Notes: generated by a model from the sequence alone, not told the origin. A stretch of DNA of 64,000 bases from Leptonemataceae bacterium (GCA_965227295.1 OZ245742.1:2400001-2464000); one strand, 5' to 3'. Counted from the first letter of the stretch, positions 20,339 through 31,116 are shown. Numbers and translations are program-made.

Positions 20339-21172
20339 ATGAATTTGAAGAAACTCAGTTTGATGCTTGCGGCGTTCTTAATAGCCGGAAGCGCCGTGAG
20401 CCTCAGCGCCGCGGATTATACCATCTTCGTACACGGCCGCTCGGGCCAGAACCACTGCGGTACCGGGACGAGTGACAACAACAACTACTGGGGCTCCGCG
20501 AAGAACATCAATACTTCGACCACCAAATACTTCGTCGGTTACGACGGATCCTCGGACCCGCGGACGTGGGGGAATTGCCGCGCACAATCCAACATCAACA
20601 CGGTCTTCAATCAACGTTGCCGCGGTTCGAACAACTGCAAAGTGATCTGCCACAGCGCCGGTTGCTACGCCGTCGAGTACTTCCTCGATAAGACCTCCAC
20701 AAACTTCAACATCGACTTCGTGATGGCCTCGTCCAGCGCTGCCGGCGGATCGGAGCTGGCCAACCTGGCGTTCTGGGCCTGGGGCGGAATGGACAACGCC
20801 CTCAAGACCGGCAACGCCCGCGGTTCCTACAATCACAACGACATGAAAGGCGTCGGCATCTGGGCCATTGCCGGTTATCGTTCCCAGTGGTACGTGGACT
20901 GGATGCTGCCGGGTAAAGACGACGGCGCCGTGGCCCTGCACAGCACCTGCGGTCATCGTACCACCGGCTCGCACAGCAAGTGCAACCAGTCCCGCTACAG
21001 CTCGCACTTCATCTGGAGCGGCGGTTACAACAACAACAACGGCTGGAGCGGCGATCGCAAGGCTTACAACAAGACCCACACGGGCGACGGCAGTAACTCC
21101 ATCAACACGGCCATGAAGAAAGAATGGAACGACTGTAAGTCGACGACCATCAACGGCTTCCGCTGCAAATAA
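20339..21172 (+). CDS. Secreted Cys/Asn-rich alpha/beta-hydrolase (lipase/esterase-like)
   Basis: Signal peptide; IFVHG oxyanion motif, CHSAG nucleophile elbow, GGSELA, DDGAV; 10 Cys. Confidence 0.75.
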   Translation: MNLKKLSLMLAAFLIAGSAVSLSAADYTIFVHGRSGQNHCGTGTSDNNNYWGSAKNINTSTTKYFVGYDGSSDPRTWGNCRAQSNINTVFNQRCRGSNNCKVICHSAGCYAVEYFLDKTSTNFNIDFVMASSSAAGGSELANLAFWAWGGMDNALKTGNARGSYNHNDMKGVGIWAIAGYRSQWYVDWMLPGKDDGAVALHSTCGHRTTGSHSKCNQSRYSSHFIWSGGYNNNNGWSGDRKAYNKTHTGDGSNSINTAMKKEWNDCKSTTINGFRCK

Positions 21173-21224
21173 GCGCGAGCCCGACGCCGCCTCCGGCGCC
21201 GCCCTCATTATGAACCACTCACCG

Positions 21225-21257
21225 GCCGCGGCTCACCGGAGTCGCGGCTTTTTCTTT
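21225..21257 (+). terminator. Rho-independent terminator
   Basis: GCCGCGGCTC-ACCG-GAGTCGCGGC hairpin followed by TTTTTCTTT. Confidence 0.75.
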
Positions 21258-21444
21258 GCCGGCCGCCCGGTCGTTTGTGCGCGTTCTGCAAGAATTGTAC
21301 TTGATTGTCACAAATTGCAAGCTTGTTTGTCGCAGCTTTCGGACTGGCCCGGAATAATCCTTCATCCTGGTCAGATGTTGTTAGCGGATCTCACTACATC
21401 GAATTCGGGGACGATATCTATTCCTGCCCGTAGAATTTTCGTTG

Positions 21445-21472
21445 TAATTTTCGTTGCCGAATAGTCCGATAC
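21445..21472 (+). promoter_or_regulatory. Possible sigma-28 promoter of the chemotaxis operon
   Basis: TAAT-N16-TCCGATAC in an AT-rich region upstream of cheY; overlaps the direct repeat AATTTTCGTTG x2. Confidence 0.3.
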
Positions 21473-21653
21473 AAAACAGATTACTTGATGTTTTTTAGTA
21501 AAGGTCGCTCCGCCGGAACTAAAAAATACGGCAATCTGCTTTAAGGAAATAGTGATTAAAGACTAGAACGGGTAGATCACAGGTCAAATCACAACAGAGG
21601 TAACCACCATGAACGCAACGGCCTCCCGACACATCAAGTTAAACACCCCCGCT

Positions 21654-22025
21654 ATGGAATCCGCAAAATCCATTTTGATCATCGACGACTCCGCCTCCAT
21701 CCGCAAACTCGTTAGCATCGCTCTCGGCGGGCGGGGCTACGAACTCATTGAAAGCGTGGACGGTGCCGAAGGTCTCGACCTCGTGCGCAGTCGGAGCGTG
21801 GACCTGATCATCTGCGACGTCAACATGCCGAACCTGGACGGTATCTCGTTCCTGCAGAAAATTCGCGAAATCGACGCGCACCGTTTTACGCCGGTCATCA
21901 TGCTGACTACGGAATCCCAGGAAGCGCTGAAAGAGCAGGGCCATGCGGCCGGCGCCCGCGCCTGGATCGTCAAACCGTTTCAGGCGGAGCAGCTCGTGGC
22001 TGCAGTCGAACGTCTTCTGGTGTGA
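21654..22025 (+). CDS. cheY: Chemotaxis response regulator CheY
   Basis: IIDDS, CDVNMP, MLTTES, WIVKPF; first gene of the che operon; start may be 21609. Confidence 0.9.
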   Translation: MESAKSILIIDDSASIRKLVSIALGGRGYELIESVDGAEGLDLVRSRSVDLIICDVNMPNLDGISFLQKIREIDAHRFTPVIMLTTESQEALKEQGHAAGARAWIVKPFQAEQLVAAVERLLV

Positions 22026-22138
22026 GCTGACTGCTGTAGTCAACTCTCACTGAATTTTCACATAAATCGAACGCTGAGATTCGGAATTCCGGTTGGCGAA
22101 ATAGCGGGCCGGGATGTATTATTGTAGACGCGTCCCAA

Positions 22139-22540
22139 ATGAGTTTCCTGGAGATAGAAGATCGGAGCACGGGCGAGCGTTTTGTTCGTGTTCGCGGTGC
22201 CATGGTCATACGCCATGCTGCAAATCTGGCGGAAGAGTGGAAGACTGCCCGGGTCGGAGTCGATAATCTAATCGTCGATCTTTCCGGTGTCAGCGAGCTC
22301 GATAGCTCGGGTGTGCAGTTGCTCGTCGCTTTGAAAAAAGAATCGCTGGCTTCGGGAACATCGTTCAAACTCGTGCAGCACTCTCCGGCGGTTCTTTCCG
22401 TTTTCGCGCTCTACGGACTCGCCGCGTTTTTCGGCGACCGCATTCGACTCAAGTCGGGTGAGCGTGATGCCTACGGTTTTCTCTACGGGCTGCGACGTGG
22501 CAATTATGGATCTATCCGAAGCGAGAGACGTTTTTCTTGA
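22139..22540 (+). CDS. STAS domain (anti-anti-sigma-like) protein
   Basis: VDLSGVSELDSSGVQLL motif; lies between cheY and cheA. Confidence 0.8.
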   Translation: MSFLEIEDRSTGERFVRVRGAMVIRHAANLAEEWKTARVGVDNLIVDLSGVSELDSSGVQLLVALKKESLASGTSFKLVQHSPAVLSVFALYGLAAFFGDRIRLKSGERDAYGFLYGLRRGNYGSIRSERRFS

Positions 22541-24593
22541 TGAATGTGCCGAGTTGTTGGAGCGCATGGAGCAATGCCTGCTCGCCCTGGACGAAGATCC
22601 TGGTGACGACGAGGCCGGCCGCGCGCTCTTTCGGGCCGTGCATACCATCAAAGGTTCAGCCGGCGTCTTCGGCTTCAGCCACATCGAAGACTTCACCCAC
22701 GACCTGGAAAACCTCCTCGATCTTGTGCGCTCCGGCTCCGTTCCCGTGGAACCGGAACTGGTGCGCCTCTTTCTGGATTGCCGCGATCACATCGGCGTGC
22801 TGCTCGGTCTCATAGATGCTTCCGGTGTCGTGCATGCGGCGGGCACCGAGACCGCGGCCCGGGGCACCGTACTCATGCAACGCGTACGCGAGCGGCTCCC
22901 CGCTACGAAAGAAGATTCTTCTATAGAAGAGAGCGCAGGAAAGACCGCGGACAGCGCCGCGCATGCCGCCGCCGAAACGCACTGGCGCCTGAGCCTGGAA
23001 TTTCAACCGGACGTGTTTCGCCACGGCCTGGATCCGTTGCCGTTCGTTCGTTATCTGCGTGAAATCGGCACCATCCGCGACGTCATTACACACACTGATC
23101 GTGTGCCGACCCTGGAGCAGCTCGATCCCGAAAGCTGCGTGCTGGACTTCGAGATCCTGTTTACCGGCGCCGTCACCGAAGCACAGCTCCGGGAGGCCTT
23201 TGAGTTCGTTGAGCACGATTGCAAGATTCGCATTGAACGTGTTACGGAAGACGCGGTGAAGGATGAGGCCGCCGCCCCGAAGTCAGCCGGCGCAAGCCGC
23301 GTGCCGATCAGCGGCGACTCGTTCAGCGCCCTCGCGGCGGCCGGGCATCGGGAGAGTCGTTCCTTTCGCGTGGACGCGCGCAAGCTGGATCACCTGGTCA
23401 ACCTGGTCGGGGAGTTGGTCATCTCCACGGCGCACCTGGCCCAGGTCGCGGACTTCGACGAGAACTCCGGCGCGGCAAGCATTACGGATCAAGTATTGAA
23501 GCTCGTCGGCGAAATTCGTGACGGCGCCTTCGGCCTGCGCATGGTGCCCATCGGCGGCATCTTCAGTCGCTTTCGCCGTGCCGTGCACGATCTCTCCGCG
23601 GAGTTGCAGAAATCCGTCCGCCTGGAGACTCACGGCGGCGACACCGAACTGGATCGCAACATCGTCGAACGCCTCACCGATCCGCTCATGCACATCGTTC
23701 GTAATGCCGCGGACCACGGCCTGGAATCTCCCGCCGAACGCGCGCAGGCCGGCAAGGACCCCGAGGGTCGCATCACCCTGCACGCCTTCGGTGAGACCGG
23801 TGAGATTGTGATCGAAGTCAAGGACGACGGCCGCGGTCTCGACGCCGCCGCCATTCGACGCAAAGCCGAGAGCCAGGGGCTGGTCGCTCCGGAGCAGGAA
23901 CTCACGCGTGAAGAAGTGCTGCGTCTGATCTTTCATCCCGGCATGTCCACGGCGGCCAACGTTACGAACATTTCCGGCCGCGGCGTGGGCATGGACGTGG
24001 TGTTGCGGAACATCGAAGCGTTGCGCGGTCGGGTGGAGCTGGACTCCGAACCCGGCAAAGGGACCACTGTGCGTATCATCCTGCCGCTGACCCTGGCCAT
24101 CATCGACGGTTTTCTGGTGCGTGCCGGCGAAAGTCACTTCGTGATTCCCCTGGACATGGTGATGGAGTGCGTGGAGTTCGAAGAGGCCGGTACGGCCGCA
24201 CGCGGCGTGGTGAACCTGCGCGAAGAGGTGCTGCCCTTCGTTCGATTGACTTCGTTCTTCGAACTCACACCGCCGCCGCCGGGGGCGCGGACAAGCCTGG
24301 TCGTGGTCCGCCACGGCGCGCGCCGGGCCGGCCTGGTCGTCGAAGACCTGCTCGGCGAGTTTCAATCCGTCATTAAATCTCTGGGACCGCTCTTCGAGAA
24401 CGTGCGCGGCCTGAGCGGTTCTACGATCCTGGGCAACGGTGCCATCGCCCTTGTCCTCGACGTACCGACGTTGCTGGATCTGCTCGAAAACGAAGACGCG
24501 TCTTCGATGCGCGGCGGCGTGGATCTCTACAGTGTGCGCGAGGGATTGCTACGGGAACTGGAAGCGCCGGATGATTCGACACGGGGAGACTGA
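22506..24593 (+). CDS. cheA: Chemotaxis histidine kinase CheA
   Basis: Hpt [61 protein letters not shown]-terminal CheW domain. Confidence 0.96.
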   Translation: MDLSEARDVFLDECAELLERMEQCLLALDEDPGDDEAGRALFRAVHTIKGSAGVFGFSHIEDFTHDLENLLDLVRSGSVPVEPELVRLFLDCRDHIGVLLGLIDASGVVHAAGTETAARGTVLMQRVRERLPATKEDSSIEESAGKTADSAAHAAAETHWRLSLEFQPDVFRHGLDPLPFVRYLREIGTIRDVITHTDRVPTLEQLDPESCVLDFEILFTGAVTEAQLREAFEFVEHDCKIRIERVTEDAVKDEAAAPKSAGASRVPISGDSFSALAAAGHRESRSFRVDARKLDHLVNLVGELVISTAHLAQVADFDENSGAASITDQVLKLVGEIRDGAFGLRMVPIGGIFSRFRRAVHDLSAELQKSVRLETHGGDTELDRNIVERLTDPLMHIVRNAADHGLESPAERAQAGKDPEGRITLHAFGETGEIVIEVKDDGRGLDAAAIRRKAESQGLVAPEQELTREEVLRLIFHPGMSTAANVTNISGRGVGMDVVLRNIEALRGRVELDSEPGKGTTVRIILPLTLAIIDGFLVRAGESHFVIPLDMVMECVEFEEAGTAARGVVNLREEVLPFVRLTSFFELTPPPPGARTSLVVVRHGARRAGLVVEDLLGEFQSVIKSLGPLFENVRGLSGSTILGNGAIALVLDVPTLLDLLENEDASSMRGGVDLYSVREGLLRELEAPDDSTRGD

Positions 24594-24597
24594 GGCC

Positions 24598-27500
24598 ATG
24601 CGACGACTGAGTGTTACGCAACGAAAGTTAGTGATGAGCGCGCTGTGTGCGGCGGTGCTGGTCTGCGCTTTTACCGTGTCGGCCGACGTCACGGCGAACT
24701 GGGGCTACACCGGCGCGAATGGACCGCGGCACTGGGCGAAACTGAGCGACGAGTTCTCCGTATGCGCGAACGGACGGCGCCAGTCACCGATCGATTTACC
24801 GGAAGCGTCCGCGGGCACGTCCGCGGGTTCCGCGCCCATGCTTGCATTTACGTACGAAGCAAGCGATCTGGAAATCATCAACACCGGCCACACCATCCAG
24901 GCGAACGTGCCGCCGGGCAACAGCCTGCGCGTCGGTGATGATGTGTACGAACTCGTGCAGTTTCATTTTCACAGTCCGTCCGAGAACCAGGTCGACGGCC
25001 GCTCGTATCCCCTGGAGATGCACCTCGTCCATCGTAACGAGGACGGGGACCTGGCCGTGGTCGGCGTGCTGTTCGAAGACGGCCCGGCCAATGCGGAACT
25101 CGCCGGGATCTGGGAGGACCTGCCGGAGGATGCCGGGGCTACCGTCGAAGTATCGCTGAACCCGGAGCAGCTTCTGCCGGCGGAGCGTTCGTTCTACCGG
25201 TTCGGCGGTTCGCTGACCACGCCGCCGTGCAGCGAAGGCGTAGACTGGTTTGTCCTGGCGGAACCGCGGACGATTTCCACCGGGCAAGCCCGGGCCTTCG
25301 TCGATTTGATCGGCGAAAACGCACGTCCGCCGCAGCCGCTCTTCGGCCGCACGATCACTTTCGTGAGCGACGGCACGGCCCGCCGTCTCGGTGAGGCGGA
25401 GCTGACACCGCAGGCCCCCGGACAGGATGCTCCGCATGAGCCCGCGGACGGCGAGGGCGATTGGGGCCTGTACGCCTTTATCGCCGGCGTCCTTATTTTT
25501 GTTGCAATCTTTCTTTTTTTGATGATGCGTAAATCTGGAGACTCTATGAACTTTCTTGATCGTTTTACTCTACGTACGAAGATTCTCGGCCTCGTAATGC
25601 TGCTCATATTGATGAACGCCGCGGTAGCCGCTTACGTCATGCTGACGCTGAACAGCCTGGGCCGAGAACTCGTGGAAATCGCTGAGCGGGACCTGCCGCT
25701 GAGTGATGCCGTCGCCGCGGTGACGGAGAAGCAGCTGGAACAGGCTGTGACCTTTGAACGTACCCTGCGTTTTACGGATCGTCCGGCGCAGTTTCGCGAA
25801 AACGAACAGGCGTTCCTCAAACTCAACCGCCAGGTGGAAAAGGGCCTCGCTGAGACGCGCCAGTCCGTGGATGGTTTTTTGAACGGGCGATTGTCCTCCC
25901 GGGCCCGAACAGTTTTTGAAGATGCGTCCGTGCGCCTGGCGGAGATTGCCGAACTGCACGAGGACTACGGCGATCTCGGCACGGCGATGCTCGCGGCCGG
26001 CGGGGAGGCAGGTACGGCGGACGACCGACGTGTGGAAGAACTACAAACTACTGTTGACAAAATGTTAACGTCCCTCCAGCGCGATCTGGCGAAGTTTACC
26101 GAGGCCACCGCCCGGGACGCCGAGGAACACGAGCGAACCGCCTTTATCGTGGTGAGCGTTCTCTCCGTGGCGGTCTTGGTCCTCGGGCTGCTGCTGGGCC
26201 TGGGCATTGCACGGAACGTACTGCGCCAGCTCGGTGGAGATCCGGCGCTGCTGGCGACCATCGCGGAGCGAGTCGCCGGGGGCGAGTACGACGCCGCCGC
26301 GGAAGTAGTCGCTCAGGATAGTAGCGATGACGGAGACAACGAGGCCCGGGGGCTCATGGGATCCATGGTAACCATGGCCGCCAATCTCAAGGCGAACGTC
26401 GGTGAGATGCTGCGCGTCCAGGTGGCCCTCGATAACTCTTCGACGAACGTAATGATCTGCGATCCCGAGTTCACCATCATGTACATTAACAACGCCATGC
26501 GCAGTTTGTTCCAGCGGGCCGAGGCGGACATTCGCAAAGACCTGCCGCAGTTTTCGGCGGACTCCGTGCTCGGTTCGTCCATAGATCGATTCCACAAGAA
26601 CGTGGCGCACCAGCGCGGGGTCCTGAACAATCTGGCCGGCACGCATCGCACGACCATTCAGCTCGGCGGGCTCACTGTCGATTTTACTGTCAACGCGATC
26701 GTGGACTCCGACGGCAAGAAGTACGGCTTTGTCATGGAATGGAGGGACCGCACGGACGAGGTCGCCGTGGAACGCGAAGTGGAAGCCATTGTTACCTCCG
26801 CTTCGCGCGGGGATTTCACCGGTCGCATCGACATGCAGGGCAAACACGGATTCTTTGAGCGTCTCAGTGAAGGCATCAACGCGCTCATGGAAACCAGCGA
26901 TACCGGCCTAAGTGAAGTTGTGCGCGTGTTAACAGCCATGGAGGCCGGCAATCTTACGGATCGCATCGACAACGAGTACGACGGGACCTTCGGTCGTCTC
27001 AAGGACGCCTCCAATAATACCCAGGAGCGTCTCTCCGACGTAATCGTCAACGTGCGTTCGAATGCCGAGGCCCTGGCCGGCGCCTCGGAGGAAGTGAGCG
27101 CGACGGCGCAGTCCATGAGCCAGGGGGCCTCCGAGCAGGCGGCCAGCGTGGAAGAGACCGGCGCGTCCCTCGAAGAGATGACGGCCAGCATCACGCAAAA
27201 CGCGCAGAACGCGAAGGCGACGGAGGACATTGCCCTCAAGACCGCCACGTCCAGCGAGGAGGGCGGCAAGGCCGTCGCCGAAACCGTGGAAGCCATGCGC
27301 CGCATTGCGGAGAAGATCTCCATTATTGAAGAAATCGCGTATCAAACGAATCTCCTGGCGCTGAACGCCGCCATTGAAGCGGCCCGGGCCGGGGAACACG
27401 GCAAGGGTTTTGCGGTCGTAGCTACCGAAGTTCGTAAGTTAGCCGAGCGTTCCCAGGTGGCGGCGCAGGAAATCGGCGGCCTGGCTTCGAACAGCGTGGA

Positions 27501-27891
27501 CATTGCCGAACGCGCGGGCACGTTGTTGGATGAGATCGTGCCGAGCATTCGCAAGACCGCGGACCTGGTGCAGGAGATTACCGCGGCGTCCCAGGAACAG
27601 AACACGAACGTCGAACAGATCAATGCGGCGGTAGGCCAACTCGACAAGCTGGCCCAGAGCAACGCCTCTTCCGCCGAAGAACTGGCAAGTACCGCGGAAG
27701 AACTTTCCGGCCAGGCCCAGCAGTTGCAGCACATGATGGAGTTTTTCAAACTCAAAGCGGAAGCGGCCGGTAACGCCGGCACGATTCCCGGCTCTCCCGC
27801 CACGCCGGCGGCGAAACCGGAACCGAAGCCTGCGCCGCGCCTGGCTCCGACGCCGCCGGAATTTCAGGAGGACGATTTTGAGCGCTTCTGA
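24598..27891 (+). CDS. Chemoreceptor with N-terminal alpha-carbonic anhydrase, periplasmic helical domain, HAMP, Aer2-type PAS and MCP signalling domain
   Basis: Signal peptide; CA motifs [41 protein letters not shown]; 3 TMs; [55 protein letters not shown]-terminal DFERF. Confidence 0.92.
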   Translation: MRRLSVTQRKLVMSALCAAVLVCAFTVSADVTANWGYTGANGPRHWAKLSDEFSVCANGRRQSPIDLPEASAGTSAGSAPMLAFTYEASDLEIINTGHTIQANVPPGNSLRVGDDVYELVQFHFHSPSENQVDGRSYPLEMHLVHRNEDGDLAVVGVLFEDGPANAELAGIWEDLPEDAGATVEVSLNPEQLLPAERSFYRFGGSLTTPPCSEGVDWFVLAEPRTISTGQARAFVDLIGENARPPQPLFGRTITFVSDGTARRLGEAELTPQAPGQDAPHEPADGEGDWGLYAFIAGVLIFVAIFLFLMMRKSGDSMNFLDRFTLRTKILGLVMLLILMNAAVAAYVMLTLNSLGRELVEIAERDLPLSDAVAAVTEKQLEQAVTFERTLRFTDRPAQFRENEQAFLKLNRQVEKGLAETRQSVDGFLNGRLSSRARTVFEDASVRLAEIAELHEDYGDLGTAMLAAGGEAGTADDRRVEELQTTVDKMLTSLQRDLAKFTEATARDAEEHERTAFIVVSVLSVAVLVLGLLLGLGIARNVLRQLGGDPALLATIAERVAGGEYDAAAEVVAQDSSDDGDNEARGLMGSMVTMAANLKANVGEMLRVQVALDNSSTNVMICDPEFTIMYINNAMRSLFQRAEADIRKDLPQFSADSVLGSSIDRFHKNVAHQRGVLNNLAGTHRTTIQLGGLTVDFTVNAIVDSDGKKYGFVMEWRDRTDEVAVEREVEAIVTSASRGDFTGRIDMQGKHGFFERLSEGINALMETSDTGLSEVVRVLTAMEAGNLTDRIDNEYDGTFGRLKDASNNTQERLSDVIVNVRSNAEALAGASEEVSATAQSMSQGASEQAASVEETGASLEEMTASITQNAQNAKATEDIALKTATSSEEGGKAVAETVEAMRRIAEKISIIEEIAYQTNLLALNAAIEAARAGEHGKGFAVVATEVRKLAERSQVAAQEIGGLASNSVDIAERAGTLLDEIVPSIRKTADLVQEITAASQEQNTNVEQINAAVGQLDKLAQSNASSAEELASTAEELSGQAQQLQHMMEFFKLKAEAAGNAGTIPGSPATPAAKPEPKPAPRLAPTPPEFQEDDFERF

Positions 27892-28462
27892 GGCCGCGGA
27901 AACCCGGCGCGGCCGGGAAGAACAGTTTCTCACGTTTCACCTGGGCGACGAGGTCTACGGCATTGAAGTCCTGCGCGTGAAAGAGATTCTCCAGTACTCC
28001 GGCATCACGAAGGTGCCGCGGACGCCGCCGTACATCCAGGGTGTCATCAATCTCCGGGGCAGCGTGGTGCCGGTGGTGGATTTGCTGCACTTGTTTGCGG
28101 AAGCGTCCGTGAGCGTGGGACGCAAGACCTGTGTGATCATTGTGGAGGTTCGCTCCCAGGCGCAGGAGGGCGGCATTGAAGCGGGCATCATCGTGGACGC
28201 CGTGGACCAGGTACTGAACGTCAACACGACTTCGATCGAAGCGGCCCCCGGTTTTGGAACGAAGGCGGGTCCGAAGTTTATTCGCGGCATGGCGCCGCGC
28301 AACGCCGCCAGCGACGCCGCCGAATCCTCCGGGGACGAGGCGGGCGGCGACGCCGACCGACACAAGGACGAGGGCTTCGTGATTTTGCTGGACCTGGACA
28401 AAATCCTGGTGCCGGAACATCTGCAGGCCCTGGGCGATGCGAACGCCGTGTCGCAGGACTAA
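27878..28462 (+). CDS. cheW: Chemotaxis coupling protein CheW
   Basis: [33 protein letters not shown]. Confidence 0.92.
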   Translation: MSASEAAETRRGREEQFLTFHLGDEVYGIEVLRVKEILQYSGITKVPRTPPYIQGVINLRGSVVPVVDLLHLFAEASVSVGRKTCVIIVEVRSQAQEGGIEAGIIVDAVDQVLNVNTTSIEAAPGFGTKAGPKFIRGMAPRNAASDAAESSGDEAGGDADRHKDEGFVILLDLDKILVPEHLQALGDANAVSQD

Positions 28463-28484
28463 GATACTCTGAGATTATGTTAGC

Positions 28485-29327
28485 ATGATGACGCAGTCCC
28501 CCGCCACGTCTCCCGCGGCCGAGCTCAGCGACGCCGACTTTTCCCTGTTCCGGACGCTCATGGCCGTCGAGGCCGGGGTTCACCTCGGAGACAACAAGAA
28601 GACCCTGGTCGTTTCCCGCCTCGGGCGTCGCGTGCGGGACCTGGCCGGAGGGAACTTCCGTGCGTACCACTCGCTCTTAAAGGATGATCCCGTGGAACTG
28701 CGCTTCGCCGTGGACGTGCTGACCACGAACGAAACGTTTTTCTTTCGTGAGCCGCAGCACTTTCAGTTCCTGGGACGGGAGATCCTGGCGCGGGCCTCCG
28801 GCAAACTGCGCATCTGGTCGGCGGCGTGTTCCACCGGCGAAGAACCCTACAGCATCGCCCTGGTCTGCGCGGACCGCGGTGTGTCGGCGCAGATCCTGGC
28901 CACGGATGTGAACGCCTCGGTCCTGGGCAAGGGCCGAGCGGCCTTGTATCCCCTGGAACGGAGCAGGGAGTTGCCCGCGTACTACTTAAAGAAATTCGGC
29001 CTGCGCGGCGTGCGTTCCATGGGACACTACTTCACGTTCACGCCGGAGGTTCGTCGCATGGTAACCTTTGATCGAATGAACCTTGTGGCCGGTGCGCTGC
29101 CGGGTCAGGAATTTGACTGTATCTTTCTCAGAAACGTAATGATCTACTTCTCCCGGGAGACCAAGGAGCAGGTACTGCGCCGCCTGGCAGGGTGTTTGAA
29201 GATCGGCGGTTACCTGATGATCGGTCACTCGGAGACCCTGCACGGCCTCGGCGCGAACACCGGTAATCGCAAGGCTTTCGGCTTCCAACTGGTGCGGCCG
29301 GCGATCTACCAACGGGTTGTGGAATGA
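28485..29327 (+). CDS. cheR: Chemotaxis methyltransferase CheR
   Basis: TTNETFFFRE, IWSAACSTGEEPYS, FLRNVMIYF, GHSE. Confidence 0.95.
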   Translation: MMTQSPATSPAAELSDADFSLFRTLMAVEAGVHLGDNKKTLVVSRLGRRVRDLAGGNFRAYHSLLKDDPVELRFAVDVLTTNETFFFREPQHFQFLGREILARASGKLRIWSAACSTGEEPYSIALVCADRGVSAQILATDVNASVLGKGRAALYPLERSRELPAYYLKKFGLRGVRSMGHYFTFTPEVRRMVTFDRMNLVAGALPGQEFDCIFLRNVMIYFSRETKEQVLRRLAGCLKIGGYLMIGHSETLHGLGANTGNRKAFGFQLVRPAIYQRVVE

Positions 29328-29848
29328 ATCATACGAGGCCGGAGTTCATAGTCGAAATCTTTTTGCAGCCCGGGGAGTTCCTCTGGGGCGACGAGAGCAA
29401 TCGCATTCGGACCCTCCTCGGCTCGTGCGTGAGCCTGACTTTCCATCATCCGAACTTAAACATCGGCGGGATGTGCCATTTTATGCTTCCTTCCCGGGAG
29501 CGAAAGCTGGATGAAGGCCTTTCGGGGCGTTACGCCGACGAGTGTCTGCTTTTGTTTATTGAAGCCATTCAACGCAGCGGGACGCGACCCCGGGACTACG
29601 AGGTCAAGATGTTCGGCGGCGGGAACATGTTCCCGACCCTGGCGGAACAGAAGGCCGGCGTCATCGGTGAGCGCAACGTAAACACGGCGCGCGATCTCAT
29701 TGCCCGGCACGGCCTCAAGCTGGTGGCCGAAGACGTCGGCGGCGTGGTACACCGGCGACTGCTCTTCGACGTATGGAGCGGGGACGTCTGGCTCAAACGC
29801 CTGGATCCGGTGCGCGAATCCCCGGCAGCGGTGGCACGGCCGTCTTAA
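29324..29848 (+). CDS. cheD: Chemoreceptor glutamine deamidase CheD
   Basis: TLLGSCV, GGMCHFMLP, KMFGGGNMF, IGERN, EDVGG. Confidence 0.93.
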   Translation: MNHTRPEFIVEIFLQPGEFLWGDESNRIRTLLGSCVSLTFHHPNLNIGGMCHFMLPSRERKLDEGLSGRYADECLLLFIEAIQRSGTRPRDYEVKMFGGGNMFPTLAEQKAGVIGERNVNTARDLIARHGLKLVAEDVGGVVHRRLLFDVWSGDVWLKRLDPVRESPAAVARPS

Positions 29849-29871
29849 TATGCGCCGGGTAATCCTTAGCA

Positions 29872-30972
29872 ATGGCAGATGAAGGCGGCATACGAGTCCT
29901 GGTGGTGGACGATTCGGCCGTGGTCCGCCGAACCATGACCGAAATTCTCCAGGACGACCCCGGCATTCGCAGCATCGAAACCGCGGCGGATCCCATCTTT
30001 GCCCGACAGAAGATGCAGGTCTTTCGCCCGGACGTCATGATCCTGGACATCGAGATGCCGCGCATGGACGGCCTCACGTTCTTAAAGCAGATCATGTCCG
30101 AGTCGCCGCTACCGGTGCTCATCTGTTCCACGCTCACCCAGGCCGGCGCCCCGGCGACGCTCGAAGCCATGCGCTACGGCGCCCTGGGGGTGATCGCGAA
30201 GCCCGGCCTGGGGTTGAAAGGTTATCTCGAAGATGAGGCCGATCGGCTGCGTCGTTCCGTGCGCCAGGCCGCCGGGGTCCGACTGAAGTCGCGTTCCGGC
30301 ACGGGTTCGCTGAAGGCGGAAGCCACCGCGGCGCGCGCCTTCGAGGCAAGCGCGGCAAAGAAGACGCCGGCAGTGAGCGGGCGCAGCGGATACGATTTGA
30401 TTGCCATGGGTACGTCGGCGGGCGGCACCACGGCCCTGGAGGTGGTGCTGAGCGCCCTACCGGTACAGTGCCCGGGCATCGTGGTGGTGCAGCACATGCC
30501 GGCGAAGTTCACCGCGGCCTTCGCGGACCGCCTGAACGCGCACAGCCCGCTGGATGTCAGCGAAGCGAAGGACGGCGACGAGGTCCGGCCGGGTACGGCG
30601 CTCATTGCTCCCGGGGATCGGCACATGGTACTGCGCTCATCTTCGGCAGGTAAAAGTTACTCGGTGCAAATTAAGGACGGTCCGCCGATCAATCATCATC
30701 GTCCGTCGGTGGACGTGTTGTTTCGTTCCGTCGCGGTTACGGCGGGGCCACGGGCGTTGGGTGTGATCATGACGGGCATGGGCGACGACGGCGCCGCGGG
30801 TCTGGAAGAGATGCGCGACGCCGGCGCGTATACGATCGGTCAGGACGAGGCCTCGTGCACGGTCTACGGCATGCCGCGGGCCGCGTTCGAACGCGGGGCG
30901 GTGATGCAACAGGTGGCGCTGACTTCGATTCCGGCGGCGATTCTGCGCGCGTTGTATGCGGCGAAGGGCTGA
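29872..30972 (+). CDS. cheB: Chemotaxis methylesterase CheB (REC + esterase)
   Basis: VVDDS, LDIEMP; GTSAGG, VQHMP, HRPSVDVLF, TGMGDDGA, YGMP. Confidence 0.95.
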   Translation: MADEGGIRVLVVDDSAVVRRTMTEILQDDPGIRSIETAADPIFARQKMQVFRPDVMILDIEMPRMDGLTFLKQIMSESPLPVLICSTLTQAGAPATLEAMRYGALGVIAKPGLGLKGYLEDEADRLRRSVRQAAGVRLKSRSGTGSLKAEATAARAFEASAAKKTPAVSGRSGYDLIAMGTSAGGTTALEVVLSALPVQCPGIVVVQHMPAKFTAAFADRLNAHSPLDVSEAKDGDEVRPGTALIAPGDRHMVLRSSSAGKSYSVQIKDGPPINHHRPSVDVLFRSVAVTAGPRALGVIMTGMGDDGAAGLEEMRDAGAYTIGQDEASCTVYGMPRAAFERGAVMQQVALTSIPAAILRALYAAKG

Positions 30973-31116
30973 GGCCGTAACGCAAACTCTGGATAACGTT
31001 ACCGTACGCAACGAATTCCGTTCGAACTACGGCGGCATGTTCGGAATGTTCGGCCTCTTCCTGGCATCGCCCGGGCGTACTCAAAATTTCCGTGCACCTG
31101 TAAAAATTTATGCGGT

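Noticed and set aside
21301..21314. FNR-like box TTGAT-TGTC-ACAAA upstream of the che operon
   Set aside because: Only one half-site matches well; too weak despite the O2-sensing context
25514..25520. Poly-T tract at the CA/MCP junction as a phase-variation switch
   Set aside because: Only 7 T, explained by Leu/Phe codons in a TM helix
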